A model generated the notes under the pieces. It worked only from the letters and a program-made list of their open reading frames with translations. It was not told the origin of the DNA and made no database searches. Shown piece by piece: positions 13,490 through 26,779 of a stretch of DNA of 64,000 nt (within the stretch, counting starts at the first letter, position 1; each line of letters starts with the position of its first letter). A program made the position numbers and the translations under genes. The stretch spans positions 29,762,001-29,826,000 of the forward strand of contig NC_045696.1 in NCBI RefSeq assembly GCF_009834535.1, given 5' to 3'. This stretch comes from Camelus ferus. Taxonomy: Eukaryota.

Positions 13490-14479
13490 TCTCATCTCTA
13501 ATTTAGTATAAAAATTTATGCAGTTCCTATCATCTTACAACCTCTCAGAAGTCATTTACATACAGTTTTATGAGCATCTCTACTCTCTTACTTGCCTTCC
13601 TCCAAGAATCCCGTTCATTTTTATTAGTACCCAAAACCTAACACAAATGCCCAGTAGAATAATTCCTACTATTTATTAGGACATTATTATTTTTTACATG
13701 GCCTAAAAAGCATAGTTTTTATTGTTTATAAATAGCATTCAGGAATTTTCTGTAGAAAAAAATGTCAAAATTATAAGTTCTCCTGTCTACAACATAAGAT
13801 TTTTGTGGGTCTCCTACAATATAAATAAAAATTACCATAAAAACATAATGTATTACAAAAATATAAACAATTACTAGGCTTTACTAATAAGATTGTGTAG
13901 ATAATAGAAAGTAATATTTCCACTATATGATTCAATAATTAGAACAAATGTCAAATATTCTTCTTAGTCTTAGTGCCTCATAAATTAGGGTAAGCTCTCA
14001 GAAGGGAGCCCAGAAAGATAAGGAGTCTGGTTTTGATATTGTTATTCTATCACAGGCTTAGCTTTCTAACTACGTTTTGGTTAAACTAATACTAATTTAT
14101 TTTGCATTCTCAGGTGATTAAAATTTTTATAGATTATCTCATAATTAGATAATACACACATTGATAACTGAGAGTGAGTTCAATAAGCTAACTTTCTATC
14201 AATTTAAAAATTGAGAGATTATAAATAAAACATTCTTAAAATTAGGTTAGTTTTCATCTTTATATTTTGAAGATAGTCTTCCGTATTTTCAGGGAAAAAA
14301 GAAAACCCCAATCTTTTATAAATATGGAAACCCAAACCTTTTGTAGTAGAATAAAACACATGAAAACTTATTCTTTAAAGTGTCATCATATTTAATAATT
14401 ACAACCAAATGTAAATTTGGCTGTAACAAAAGGGATTGTGTGATGTGCAACAACCTAGAGTGATATATTACAGAAAAAT

Positions 14480-14850
14480 AGAGACATGGAACCAGGGGCA
14501 GAAGTGAAATGAAGAAGGCAGGGCAAAAAGTATTGGGAGTTAAGGGATGAGGCCACAAAGATAGATTAGGCTGAGAGTGGTAAAGATGTCAAAATGTTAT
14601 CAAAGATTAGAGAACATACTCTTTCTGCAGCAGGAGTCACTGAAGATGTTTTAAAAAACTTAGGAATCTGAAATAACTGTATTTTATAAGATAACATGTG
14701 CAGTGTTGAGATCTGTATTAGAGAAGAGAAAAACTGAAGACAACATGGTCAGTAATGAGTACTTTATAATGCAATAGCCAGATCAAATTGTGTAGAAGTT
14801 TGAAGGAGTGACAATGAGAACCGTTCATATTTGGCAAACTACATAAAAAT
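14480..14850 (-). mobile_element. L2 fragment
   Basis: 'caggagtcactgaagatgtttt...tattttataagataac...ataatgcaatagccagat' antisense L2-like. Confidence 0.55.
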
Positions 14851-15120
14851 GGTAGGTAAAACCATAAAACATAAACAAGCATACAAACAAATAAAATCAC
14901 TTAGAGTGTAAGTATAGTGAAAATATGCCTTGGTCAGAATCTTAGGATGAACAGGAGAAAATTCAAGAAGTGAGTCTACAATGCCAAATGTCAAGAGTGA
15001 GAAGCCAAGTAACATATTTTTTTGAGTAATATTCTGCATAAGTGTATTCATTAATATGCCATATCATTTTAATTAATATTTTGAGTTGATAATTTAAACT
15101 TAGTTTTAAAAACTCATATA

Positions 15121-15367
15121 CAGTTGACCCTTGTACAATGCTAGAGTTAGGGGCACCAAAACTTCTGCAGTCAAAAACCCAAGTGTAATTTATAGTTGGC
15201 CTTCACGTCCACAGTTCTATCAATACAGGTTGGTCTGTATCTGCAGTTTCTCACCCAGGGATTCAACCAACTGTGGATTGTGTAGTACTGTAGTATTTAC
15301 TATTGAATCAAATCTGCATGTAAATGGACCTGCACAGCTCAAACTCATGTTGTTCAAGGGTCAACTG
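15121..15367 (-). mobile_element. Tigger2-family MITE (TcMar-Tigger; Tigger2a_Art-like), complete
   Basis: TIRs cagttgacccttgtacaa / ttgttcaagggtcaactg, TA duplications at 15119-15120 and 15368-15369. Confidence 0.92.
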
Positions 15368-17539
15368 TATTCTTACGACAAGTAGAAAGACTATAAATAG
15401 AAGGTAACTATAAAATAGAAAACTACTACTACCAAATGAGAGAATATTATATATCACTGAAAATTGACATTTATATAATCATACACTACATTTTGGGAAA
15501 TACAGGGCTAGGAAAAGCCATTCTATATATATAGTGAAGACTTAAAGGAGTTGAGTTTTGGGGAAGAGAATTATATTGAGGAGACAACTGATGGATTGTG
15601 AACAAATTGGCTATACTGGCTTGTCCTCTAACTGTGGAATTGAGAATGGAGGATGTAACTTTGAGTGACAAGAACTGAGTGCTTCCTGATGCTTCAGTTG
15701 GGATTTGGATATTTTCATCAGCACTTCTGAGAGATGGCAACTTCTTCCTTTCAAACATGTTGCAGAATTTTGTATTCCAAATAATTATATCTCTAACATA
15801 ATTTTCCACTGCCACTGGAAGATTTGTCTTCTTGAAAATGTTTCTCAGAATGAGAAATGAAAGTGTGTTCCAACAGAAAACTAAACAAATAAATCTATAA
15901 GTAAAGCAATAGTTCTAGATTTGACATAACTGTATTGAAAGACATTGGTTTTCTTTGTTTAGTGTTAGAGGATGCAATTAGAGTAAAAGAAATATTTTGC
16001 AAATCACCTTTTCTCTCTTTTTAAATCCAAGTTGCTTTCTGTGGAGAAATAACCTCTCTTTTTATGGCTGCTTGTACAGTTGAAGGAAGAAGGGATCTTT
16101 CATGGCAAAAGGATATGCTGGAATGTACATGTCCTTCCAAATGTTAAAAACTTGTTTAGATTTGCAAAGAAATTGTCTTCATACAATGAAAATCTCTCAG
16201 GAAGTCCAACTGCTTATTTATTTGTTCTTTCAAGCGAAACAAATCATCATTAAAAAGGTTCAGCTTCCAATTAAGACCTTTTCGAAGCTTAGAGGGACTT
16301 CCTCACAAAAGTTCAAATCCCTTAGAAAATGGCTCATTGCTGCCTCAGAGAAAGAGAAAAATAGCTACTGATGAGATTCAAATCATTCTCTATCTTTTCT
16401 TTCATTAATTTTAAACATAATCCATAGGCCATTATGCTCTGGAAATCAAAAGAATTATTCCTTATTGTAGCCCACCATTTTTCATCATTATACACACACA
16501 ATGTCCAATTTCACCCCACTCATTCAAAATGGCGCTTAAAGCAGGCAGAAAAGATTAACTCCAATACTTAAATTTGGCTTTAATTCATAGCTTTCTCAAG
16601 AGCTTTACTAGTCTAAATATGTATTTACACAATGAATATGATGAGTCATTTCTAGAATGTAAACATACTGGTTTAAAAAATTGCTTAAATATGTATTTCT
16701 GCCTGAACTTCTCTCAGGATATTCCTAGGAGATTTATAGCAATAACTCCCTAATATTTGAATCACGCCACTTCGCAATACATTACCAATAATACAAAAAG
16801 AATGAACAAGGGGTAGAGATACCTCTCAAAGTAGTCAAAATATTTTAATCCTTCATCTTTGTTGGTGTTGGATAGCCGTAATGGCCCTGCCCTTCATTTC
16901 AGATGGAATCACATCCAAGCTGTTCTAAGCTTTTAAAGGTATTAGCAGGTTTCTCTTTAAAACCTCTAATGATCAAACAACTGGGCAGAAGTTTCAGAGA
17001 ATAATAGTATTCACTTTCTTTGAAGAAGAATACAGCTTAACACTTTGGCTTTTGTTCTTGGCTAGAAGAACACATTTCACTACATTATCAGTCTCTCTTT
17101 GCTTTTGAACAGTCTTCTGCATATTAGAAAGCATTCCAAATCTTATCTTCTGTTGCTAGTGAGGGTACTAATAAGTACCATTTGGGGCCAGTGTCAGTGT
17201 CATCCTATGTCTGAAGTCAGTATCTCTGCCCTGAAATGCCACTGCCAGTTTTGGTTTTGGTCCAAGATGAAGCAGAAGTGAATTAGGACAGCAGGGCTCA
17301 TAGGGTGGACATAGAAGGAAAGGAAGTAGGGTAAAAACAAATATTTGCTCTTCAGTCTCTATGTTATTAATAACACCTGTTTCTACTATAGGGCAGCCTG
17401 GTCTAAACTGTTTTGTAAATGTTGCATGCTTTATCTCTGTCTTGAGAATTTTCTGAGAAGTTCTATAGATATCTATTTAATTATTTGACATTAGTAGACT
17501 CCCCATCTCCTACTCTCCCCTCTACCACCACTTGCCATT

Positions 17540-17800
17540 TGTAACACCAGATACAGCCTGTTTTTTCTAGGAAGTAGGCTTTGGCATGCTGAACTTTATA
17601 AAGGAAGTTTCCTGGGGAATGTTCTCTAGATAAATAGCTATTGGAGAGTGAATGAAGCAAGACTGGGAAGGAGAAGTTGAACTGAGAGGCAATAACAACA
17701 AAGGCTTCAGTGGGTCTCATGGAAGCTCTGGAGCTGGGATGTCCCTTCAGACATCTCTGCATTGAGGCAGGGGAGGGTCAACTAATCCATGGTTAAAAGC
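17540..17800 (-). mobile_element. ERVL LTR fragment, LTR16C-like
   Basis: 'ggagaagttgaactgagaggcaataacaacaaaggcttcag...ggaagctctggagctgggatgtcccttcaga'. Confidence 0.75.
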
Positions 17801-17984
17801 CTGAGGATTCTATAATCTGTTTAGGATTCTATAATCATTAGAGCAGCCCTGGTATCAAATATCATATATGGGCATACATTTTATCAGAAAATACTTCTTG
17901 CAGAAATATTTATATTGATGCTTCTAGGAACTCAGGCCTCTCTCTGCCTCCTTATCAGGAGAGTGAGGGTATTTCATAATTTTG

Positions 17985-18190
17985 AAAACTATTTATTGGG
18001 GGGCCTATGAACCAGATATCTGATATAAATATCATCTCAATATATCATGAAAGCCAGGCATTATAGTTTTCCTATTTTATAGATGAGGAAATGGATCCTA
18101 AGTTTGATAAAGTGAATTGTTAAGGTTCATACAGTTAGTGGACTTGTATGCAATCCTATGTGTACTTGCTCAATGGTTGCACTGTACTCT
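17985..18190 (-). mobile_element. MIR SINE
   Basis: 'cctattttatagatgaggaaatgga...taagtgaattgttaaggttcatacagttagt'. Confidence 0.8.
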
Positions 18191-18297
18191 TTTATAAATT
18201 TTGGGGAGAGAATTTGGTTGGGAGGCAGGTGCAAACTAGAACCAATCTGATTGTGAAGCAAGAGTCAACAATCAAGGTAAGGGTTCAAATGGTATAT

Positions 18298-18760
18298 TTG
18301 GGATCTCTAGAGAAATAGCACCAGTAAGAGGGAGGAAAAGGGGAAGAGTGAGACAGAGAGAGAGAGAAAGCAATTTTGGAGGCTGAGAAGTCCCACAGTC
18401 TGCAAACTGGGGAACCAGGAAAGCCAGTAATATAATTTAGTATGCGTCTAAAGACCTGAGAACCAGGAGGGCCAATGATGTAAGTCCAAGTCTAAGGGTG
18501 GGAGCAGATGAAATGAGACATTCTAGCTCTAGCAGCAAGGCAGGAAAAAAGGGATGAATTCATCCTTCCTTTGCCTTCTGTTCTATTTGGGCCCTCTGTG
18601 GATTGGTGATGTCCACTCACACAGAGGAGGGCCATCTACTGAGTTCACTGGTTCAAGTGCTAATCTCATGAGGAAACACCCTCACAGACACACCCAGAAA
18701 TGATGTTTAATCTGGGCACCCTATGGCCAGTCAGGTTGACAAACTAAATTAACCATCACA
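18298..18760 (-). mobile_element. MLT2 (ERVL) solo LTR, MLT2B/C-like
   Basis: 'ggaggctgagaagtcccacagtctgcaaactgg', 'aaacaccctcacagacacacccagaaat', terminal 'aattaaccatcaca'; internal (GA)n. Confidence 0.92.
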
Positions 18761-18904
18761 AATGGCAATGCCATTCATTTTGGAAATATCCATTCTTTCA
18801 TGCCTGTAGATACTATGGTAATTGATGATAAACACTTAAAATTTTAATTTACTTTAAGAAGATTAAGATATTTAATGAAACAAAGGATAATAATGCCACC
18901 TAAA

Positions 18905-19120
18905 AAGAGTCAGTTACCTAATATGTTCCAGTACTGTGTTAATTACTTTAGACACATCATTTTACAATACAAATACCATTATTATTCCCATGATTTAGGT
19001 GAAAAATTTAGAGAAGTTAAATAATTTTCCCAAGGCCATATTGTTGGTAAGTGACAGACCTAGAATTAAAATTTAGACTCGCTCATTCTAAGATCTGAGC
19101 TCTGAGCCACTACTCTACAT
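18905..19120 (-). mobile_element. MIR SINE
   Basis: 'attattcccatgatttaggtgaaaaa...ttcccaaggccatattgttggtaagtgacagacctaga'. Confidence 0.8.
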
Positions 19121-19189
19121 GGCTTCTCAATGATTTTTCTGAAATGTAGAAATATCAAGATATAAAATTGCTCACGCATTGTTTTATCA

Positions 19190-19780
19190 TGGAAACGTCA
19201 GTTGCTCCTTCTAGAGTAGCTATAATTTTTGGAAACAGTGCTTACTCTTCCTTCCTGTGCAGGATGATTCTTTTGTCAAACTTGCTTAGTTTGGGAATGT
19301 CATTTTTTAAGAAATCTCTCCTGTACCAGGTTAGAATTGGCCAAAAAAGAAACTTAGATGAAATTTGGGAGATGGAAGTGAGGCAGCAGACATGGTTCTC
19401 TGTAGGTTGTCATGATTAGCTGTGGTAATAGATAGTCACAGAGGTATTGGCAGGTCCCAGTTTGTCCTCTCTTTCCTCCACTTTGAATCTAGCTCTTCTT
19501 TCTGACTGTTGACCCTGCTGACCAATAGCAACTCTTGTATTGTCATTAGTTTCTTCAGTGGGTACTCAGAAAAGCCAGAGCTTCCTGTGGACTTCTCTAC
19601 TAGCTAACTTTTCATGCTCTTGTTTCAGCAGCTCGATGTGCTTGGCCTTTCAGGTCAATCAGTTGGTGATTCTTTTGCTCCTCCAATTTTCTCTTTTGGG
19701 TCTTCACTACCCCAGTTTTCCCCATGTCTGTGTGAGGTCTAGTTCCTTTAATAAGTTCCTTATCCCATGTCTGTAACTTT
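19190..19780 (+). mobile_element. Old ERVL-class LTR (LTR16/33/41-like, family uncertain)
   Basis: 'ggttagaattggccaa...gatgaaatttgggagatggaagtgagg' and 3' 'ttaataagttccttatccc' LTR-like ending. Confidence 0.45.
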
Positions 19781-19849
19781 GGGGGTCTTATTTGGATATA
19801 GAACATTTTGCATATGGGAGAAATGTCAGTTTTGGCCAGGAAACAATTT

Positions 19850-20300
19850 CTCCCAAGCCTGGATGTGCAGCTCCTCTTAGTAAGAAAGAGAGGGCATTCT
19901 TGGACCTTGGCTGGCCTCGTGACCTACTTCAGTCAATAAAACGCAGAAGAAATGATGCTGTGCTTGTTTTGGACCAATCCCTTTATGGCATCTTCTACTC
20001 TGAATTCTTGGAGCCCTGAACCACTATGTAAGATATTTTTTGATAAAGAGAGACGCTCAACATTCCCCAGCCATTCCAATCAGCCCAGCAGCTATGGGAA
20101 TGGAGTTACTTTGAGTTATTTGGAGGTATTTTGCTGGAGATTTCAGCACCAGCAAAGCCCCTGGTGGAATGCAGCTTCACGAGTGACCCTGGCCAGGTGC
20201 ATCAGAAAAACAGGCTAGCTGACCCCAGCCAATCCACAGGATTGTTACTGTTTTAAGCCACCAACTTTGAGATAGTTTCTTATGCAGTAATTAACTGAAA
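19850..20300 (+). mobile_element. MaLR LTR, MLT1G/H-like
   Basis: 'gctggcctcgtgacctacttcagtcaataaaacgcagaagaaatgatgctgtgc', 3' 'ctgttttaagccaccaactttgagatagtttcttatgcag'. Confidence 0.8.
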
Positions 20301-23300
20301 GAGTTACAAATAAATGAAAGAACAAGGGAGCAAATGAATGATTAGAACAAAAGCCTCTGTAAATGGAAGTAGGGTGTGTTAACTAGGATGTCACTGGGTG
20401 TATTATCGCAAAGGTGTGTGATTCTTTTCTTCCACCTACTGCCTTTTGTGAAGCTTTACACCCATGATTGCCTATGGGCACTAAAGTGCTATGAAAAGGT
20501 TCTACATCTTTTTTTGTTGAGAGAAAAGTGAGGAAGGATAAAAAAGAGTGTTGTTGGCTAGCCCCCAAAAGCTTAGGTCAGAACAGCTTTCTCCCTTTCT
20601 ATCTCTTTTCAGGGCAATATCATGCCCATTACTTTTTAAAAAACCCTTATTTCTACCAAATGTTGAAGTTATTAAAAAAATGATATAGGGAAACCTAAAG
20701 CAATAAAGGAAATATATGGAAAGTAAAATTTTTATGTTGTGGGAGAAAAATGGTTCTAAGACAATAGCTAAAACAAATTCAAAGGATCTACTATATTAAA
20801 CTTATCTAAACTATCAAAATGTCATTGAAGGACTTCATATCAGCATGTTGTGAAGAAACTAAATGAAAAGTGTGGAATAGAGGCAAAGTGATGGAGAAAA
20901 TTTACTTCAGAATATAAGATCAGCTATAGCTTGGCTGAGGATTTTGCATTTGAAACTGGTTGTATGGTCTGTTAGTATCTCAGTGATTAGAGTATGTAAA
21001 TGATAGAGATGAGGAAATAAGGAGGGAAATAGACTTTATAGATACTACTAAAAAAGCAATAATGAGGAATGATTTAACAAAATTCAGAGGTTTCAGATCA
21101 TTTGAGAGTCTGAAACAGCAGATGGTAAATATAGTTCAATTCAGGCAAACATAAAAAAAAAGATGCATAGCAATAGAGAACTACAAAAGAAGGCTATGGA
21201 AACACATTTCAATGGACTAATCACCCAGAATGCCAACCAGAAAATACTGGGAAACTTTTAAACATCAGCTTTGTGCAAAGAAACAGTCTTCCAAGATGCA
21301 GGCCAGAGTGAAAAAGTGCTTCAGGTTTTCAGTCTTAACTGTTGAGGGAGGGGCGGGGAAGTGGGGATGAGAAAAAAATACTTTGAAGTGGGAAAAGATA
21401 AAGATTACTTTAAGAAACATGGGATTCTTAGTCACAAACTTCAGGGGACTTAATTTTCTTCATGGAAATAAAAAGCATTTTTGTAGGTGTGTTAACTTAT
21501 TTAATAGGGTACATTTTAGTACCTTATGCAAAAGGAGCGTCTGAAACTAGCCAGGAGAGCTCTTTTCCAAGTGGAAATGGATCTTATAGTTGGTAAACTA
21601 CCAGTTGTTTACACCGAAGGTCTTGGTGATAGAGGAGGAGCCATATTCATTTATATGGCCAAACTGGCTGGAACATTTCAAGACATCTGTTTGTGGGTTC
21701 TGTATTTAGACAGACACTTCTCATAGAGAAAACTTAAGTGCAACTCTGAAGCCTTCACTACCTTCATGTTAAAAAAAAATTTCTCTTTAGGTTGTTCTCC
21801 CAGGTTTTACAATTTACTCAGGGACAACAGAATCAGTTCCTCTAACTACAGCGATTTCAATATGTTATTAGTTTGAAAATCACTTTTTTCCCCCTAATTA
21901 CTCTAAACAAATACCTTGGAATAAAATTGAGCCAGCTTATGCTATCTTATCCTTCTTTAGAGAAAATTTTGACACTAGCTGGCATGCTAGTTGTGTGTTT
22001 CTGAATTAACCTGCATTTATATGTGTTGGTTTTGAACTGAACTCAAAGTTATCCTATCAGGAATGTCTAGAACCAAGACACTGAGATGGAAGATACGTAA
22101 AGACATTTCTTGGGAATATGAAAGATTTTAAGCCAGAAAAACTTTTAAACAAATGACTATAGGAAAATCTTTCCAGATGTCTAAAAATACAGTAGTCATC
22201 AATGTATGTTACAGTTGTTTAAAATGAACTCATGTCTAAAGTCCAGAGATGAATGCTGATGGTTTCTAAAGAACTCCTCTAAACTGATACTTCTTTTTAA
22301 AAATTTTTTTTGGTAAGAGATTAATTGCTACTAGAATTATTTTCAAGTTAAGAAGATAAGAGGATTGACTTTTTAAACTTCAAAATGAACTTCCCTGCTA
22401 TGACTGACTATATTTTCCGATATGAAGAATTGTAAGTTTTCACAATGAAATCATAAACTTTTAGTGTACATTGACTCTCTGCTTTATGCCCCATCCATCT
22501 GCCACAGAGGTGTATTCTAGTTGGCATGCTGATAACAGCTAGCATGCACACCATGTGCAGTTTTAAACTTATTACTCAGGATAGAAACTGAAACAATAAG
22601 GATATGATTTAAAATTTATTCGTCTATTAAAAATAGAAATGATCAATAACAAGAAATCTAGTTTTTGATCTTTAAATAAGATATATTTGGGATTACAAAA
22701 TAGAGATTATTTACTTAATTAAGAAAATAAAGTTAGCTTAAATTTTTTGGTGAATTTCTCTTTCCTTCAGTTGGCATACTGGCACAGGTAAACCTTGCTT
22801 TCCCCATTAAAAAGACTATGACCATGACTTCACTAAAGGCAGGATTCTCATCATTCATATTGTATCCTCTGTGCCCAGAACAGTCTTTGCAGATAGTAGG
22901 CTAGCAACCATCTGTAAAAGAAACATGAACCAAATTTAAGCTTAACCAATGGGTTCAAATAATGTTAAAAATTAAAGATACATAACCAAAAAATTAAATT
23001 CACTAAAATTTTTATTTCACTTAAAATTTTACATATATTTTACTTCTATGAGAGCAGAGAGAGGGTCATGTATTCAGAAGATGTTAGGCAGCCACATTTT
23101 TTAAAAAGATAAAGAGTCACCAAAATTGGTAGAATAGCAGAAAGATGTATTTAGAAGCAGACTTAAAATATGACAGTTCATGACATACTATTTATTAAGG
23201 GACACACTTCACATATGGGAGTTGACTTTTTGCTCTAGCATGACTTGCCTTGTACCTCCTTTATACAGAACAAACAAAAATGCTTTGGTACTTGACACTG

Positions 23301-23564
23301 TGGCAGGGTTTCTGAATTTGAGTCTCTAATGTAGTAATAAAAAGACTTTTAGTAGTTTTCTACTGCATAAATAACCATTTCAATATTGATATACGCTAAA
23401 TGTAAACTTGGCATCGACAGTGCATTACATTTCTGAAAACTTGTTCTTTATTTTGTTGTTGATTCTTTAATTTTGTTGTTGTTGTTGTTCCCCATTTGAT
23501 CATACCCCCAGCAACCATTGAATACTTTCATCATGGACCACAATCCTCATGCTCTCTTTGCCTG

Positions 23565-24025
23565 ATGGTAGAAACATCTAGCTGCCCAACAAAATATTCT
23601 TTCCTGTTCTTACTTAGTAAATCTGTTGCCGGGCACATGCCTGCCCAGCTACAGACCGTATTTCTCAGACTCCTTTACAGCTAGATAAGTCCTTTGGCTA
23701 TGTTTCCACTAATGCGATGTGACCACAAGTGAAAGTGACACTTCCAGCTATGGGTCTTAAAGTACTGGGCATGTGAATTCTTTATACTTTTCCTTTCCCA
23801 TGAGCTGCAGCATGATCTTCCTGGATTAAATGATGATCATAAAGATAAGAATAACAATTTAAGTAACAGTAGATTCACAATGTATGGAACTTAAGTCTCT
23901 GAATGACTTTGTAGGGCACAGCTGCCTGGTTATCTGGACTGCTTACTTGAATCTGTTACAGAAGAGAACATTAAGTTTGTACTTTTAAGGTTCTATATTT
24001 TGGAGGATTTTTATTACAGAGATTA
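23565..24025 (+). mobile_element. MaLR LTR, MLT1I/J-like
   Basis: 'gggcacatgcctgcccagctacagaccgtatttctcagactcctttacagctaga', 3' 'ttttaagg...ttttggaggatttttattacag'. Confidence 0.75.
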
Positions 24026-24319
24026 CCTACAAAGGTTGTAATCTCCCTAGTCCAGAATGAAACTGAACTATAAAATTCATTATTTTAGATGCTGACACTT
24101 CACTGTTGAAAATAAAAATCAGTGCATCTAGTTTTATCTTCTGAGAGGTGCATCATATTATGGGTGATATATTCACCTTTATCTTCACTTGGTTTAGTAT
24201 TAGATGCTATGTGAATCAGGTATGCAGATTTCATAATTGCTGGCAGAGGGAGTTATCATCCAAAATGGATTCAAACAAGGATTCTTGTTCAGCATAAGCA
24301 CAGGTTTTATATTATTATT

Positions 24320-24650
24320 TTTAATTGAGGTGTAGTTGATTTACAATATTGTGTTAGTTTCAGGTATACAGCATAGTGATTTGGTTTTTGTTTTTTAGGT
24401 TTTTTTTTTTTTTTTGTAAATTTTATTCCATTATATTGTATTATAAGGTGTTGGGTATAATTCTCTGTGCTATGCAGTAAATCCTTGTTGCTTATCTATT
24501 TTCTGTATAGTAGTTTGTATCTGTTAATCCCATACTCCTAATTTGTCCCTCTCCTCTACCTTGACCCATTTGGTAACCATAAATTTGTCTTCTATGTCTG
24601 TCTGTTTCTGTTTTGTATATAGATTCATGTATTATTTTTCAGATTCCACA
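24320..24650 (-). mobile_element. 5'-truncated L1 3'UTR fragment
   Basis: 'aattgaggtgtagttgatttacaatattgtgttagtttcaggtatacagcatagtgat...tttggtaaccataaatttg...agattccaca'; tattatttttaat repeated at both ends (24313-24325, 24658-24670). Confidence 0.93.
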
Positions 24651-26779
24651 CTTTCAATATTATTTTTAATGCAAAATTGAGGTGCCATTAAGCATAGTTT
24701 TGTGTGGTTTGACAGCTACCATTAAGATGTAATTGTCTTTACCTAATAAATCTCATTGATTGTTGTGACTTTGCTTTTAACTAGATATACAAAAATGGGC
24801 TGAAATGGTTGAATAATAAAAAGTTGAAGAGGTCTAATGTTTGGATGAATAATCTATTAGACATAACACAATTAAATAACATAGAAAGTAACAGCAAAAA
24901 GAAGAAACCTGTGGTCCCTCTTGATCAATGCGTATTAGCAAATGTTGAAAACAATACTAGAAATACATAAACTGTTTTTCTGCAAGAACTTCCAAAAATC
25001 TGAACCTTAGCAATTCTGAGCATAAACCTATTAAAATATCACAAGAAATGTAATCAGTATCTTGTAGAAACTAGTAAGGACAATTTCACTGCTGAGTAGA
25101 ATATTTGTGACCTGGAAAACAATTTAAGGATTAAAAAAAAAATGACTCTGAACAATTCTTTTAATAAGTTCAGGTAAATTGGAAATCAAGTATGCAGTAT
25201 GGCTCTTACTTTACTTCTATATCCTGCCTGCAATGCATGAAAAAATCAAATGATATTTGCAGTAATACAATGTGAACCAATCTATGAAATTTAATGTCCC
25301 AAAAAAGACTCAGCATGCCTGAACAAGAATACAATGAAGAAAAAGTTACTATAATTATGAAACTTATGGCCATTAAGTTATTTATGTTGTATATATTTAC
25401 TGCATCTTTTTGTAAACCTTTAAATAAGCAATCTAAGAAAATAATTTTCTGGGAAATGACTGAGATAACCAGAGATAAGAAATTCAAATGAATTATTTGG
25501 CAGCCACTGTGTAGTAACATTAGATTCAATTCTACTGTTGAAATTGCCTCAGTATTGTATGCAGTTACAAAACACTTTTTCAAATGATCAACATCTATTT
25601 CTAAAAGTGTAGTTATGGATAATATGCATAGTTACAAATCATCATGGACTTCCTTTAAGAATCAATCCAAGGAAAAGTATTCAGACAAATAGATACCTTT
25701 TAATAACTCAAGCTCCAGCTGTGAACTTCAAGGCAATCATAAGAGATAAACATAAAGAGTCCAGGCATAATACAAAATAAATAAGTCCTATAAAACTGGA
25801 AATTTGCAGAGTTCTAAATCCTTAGGAATCCACAGGATGTCCACAAATGCATTTAGAGGGCAAGACTTTCAAAGCTAACATAAAATCTGACTCATTATCT
25901 TCTTGTAATTTAGTATTTCCTCATAAGAATTCTAAATAGAGGGTAGCTAGAATAGCTGAATTAATCTAAACTTCTTTTCCATCAAGTTCATTACAAGCGC
26001 CCTAGGCTCTGTTCTCATCTCCTTCATCCCTGCACATCTCTCCTGCATGACTTCAAAGAGAACTCACCACACAGGAGATAGAAAAGGGAGGCAAGAGGAT
26101 GAGAACAGGGCCACCTCTGTTAAAAGAGAGGCTTAATTAAGTACATATTTGAAGAGTGCCTTTGACATGAAAAAGCAGTAAGAAAATTCAGTACTGTTAA
26201 CACTGAGCGAGAAGTGCTTGGTCCTGGGAGCAAAGCCTTATAGAGATTAAGAAAAAAGTTTATATTCTCCTCCTTCAGGCAAGCAGTTTTCAGTGGGGTT
26301 CTTTATTGATCTGTCATCCTAGGAGAGTCTGTAAATCTAGCATCTGCATATTGATTGCTGGTTTGTGTGGAGAAAGAGGAAACAGAGAGCAAAAGATACA
26401 TCTTTCTTAAATCTGAATAAAACTGCAGCATGCGTGCTTTTAATGTGCATTCATTTCTTTGCAAAAGAACTTACAATACATGTAAAATTGGAAGAACAGT
26501 TTGTATAATAAGAAGACTTTTATTTTCATTTATTACTTAACAGAAATTTAACTGGCATGTTTTATTATCAAAATTACCAATATTAATGTAACAACATATG
26601 AAAATTGGAAGTTTCAACTGAGGCACTGTGATTCCACAGATAAAATTCTAAAGTATTTTCTAACTGCCAGATCCAAATGCATATAACCAAAGAAAAATAA
26701 CTAGGTAGAAGGCTCTAATACCCATAACAAAAAGACTGAGAAAGAAAGTAGAATAAGTAGAGAATATATGGCCCCAGAG

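Noticed and set aside
15131..15385. 84-aa ORF as transposase
   Set aside because: Within a 247-bp non-autonomous Tigger MITE; no transposase motifs
25206..25583. 125-aa hydrophobic ORF
   Set aside because: Non-ATG start, AT-rich codon artefact, no recognisable family or splice structure
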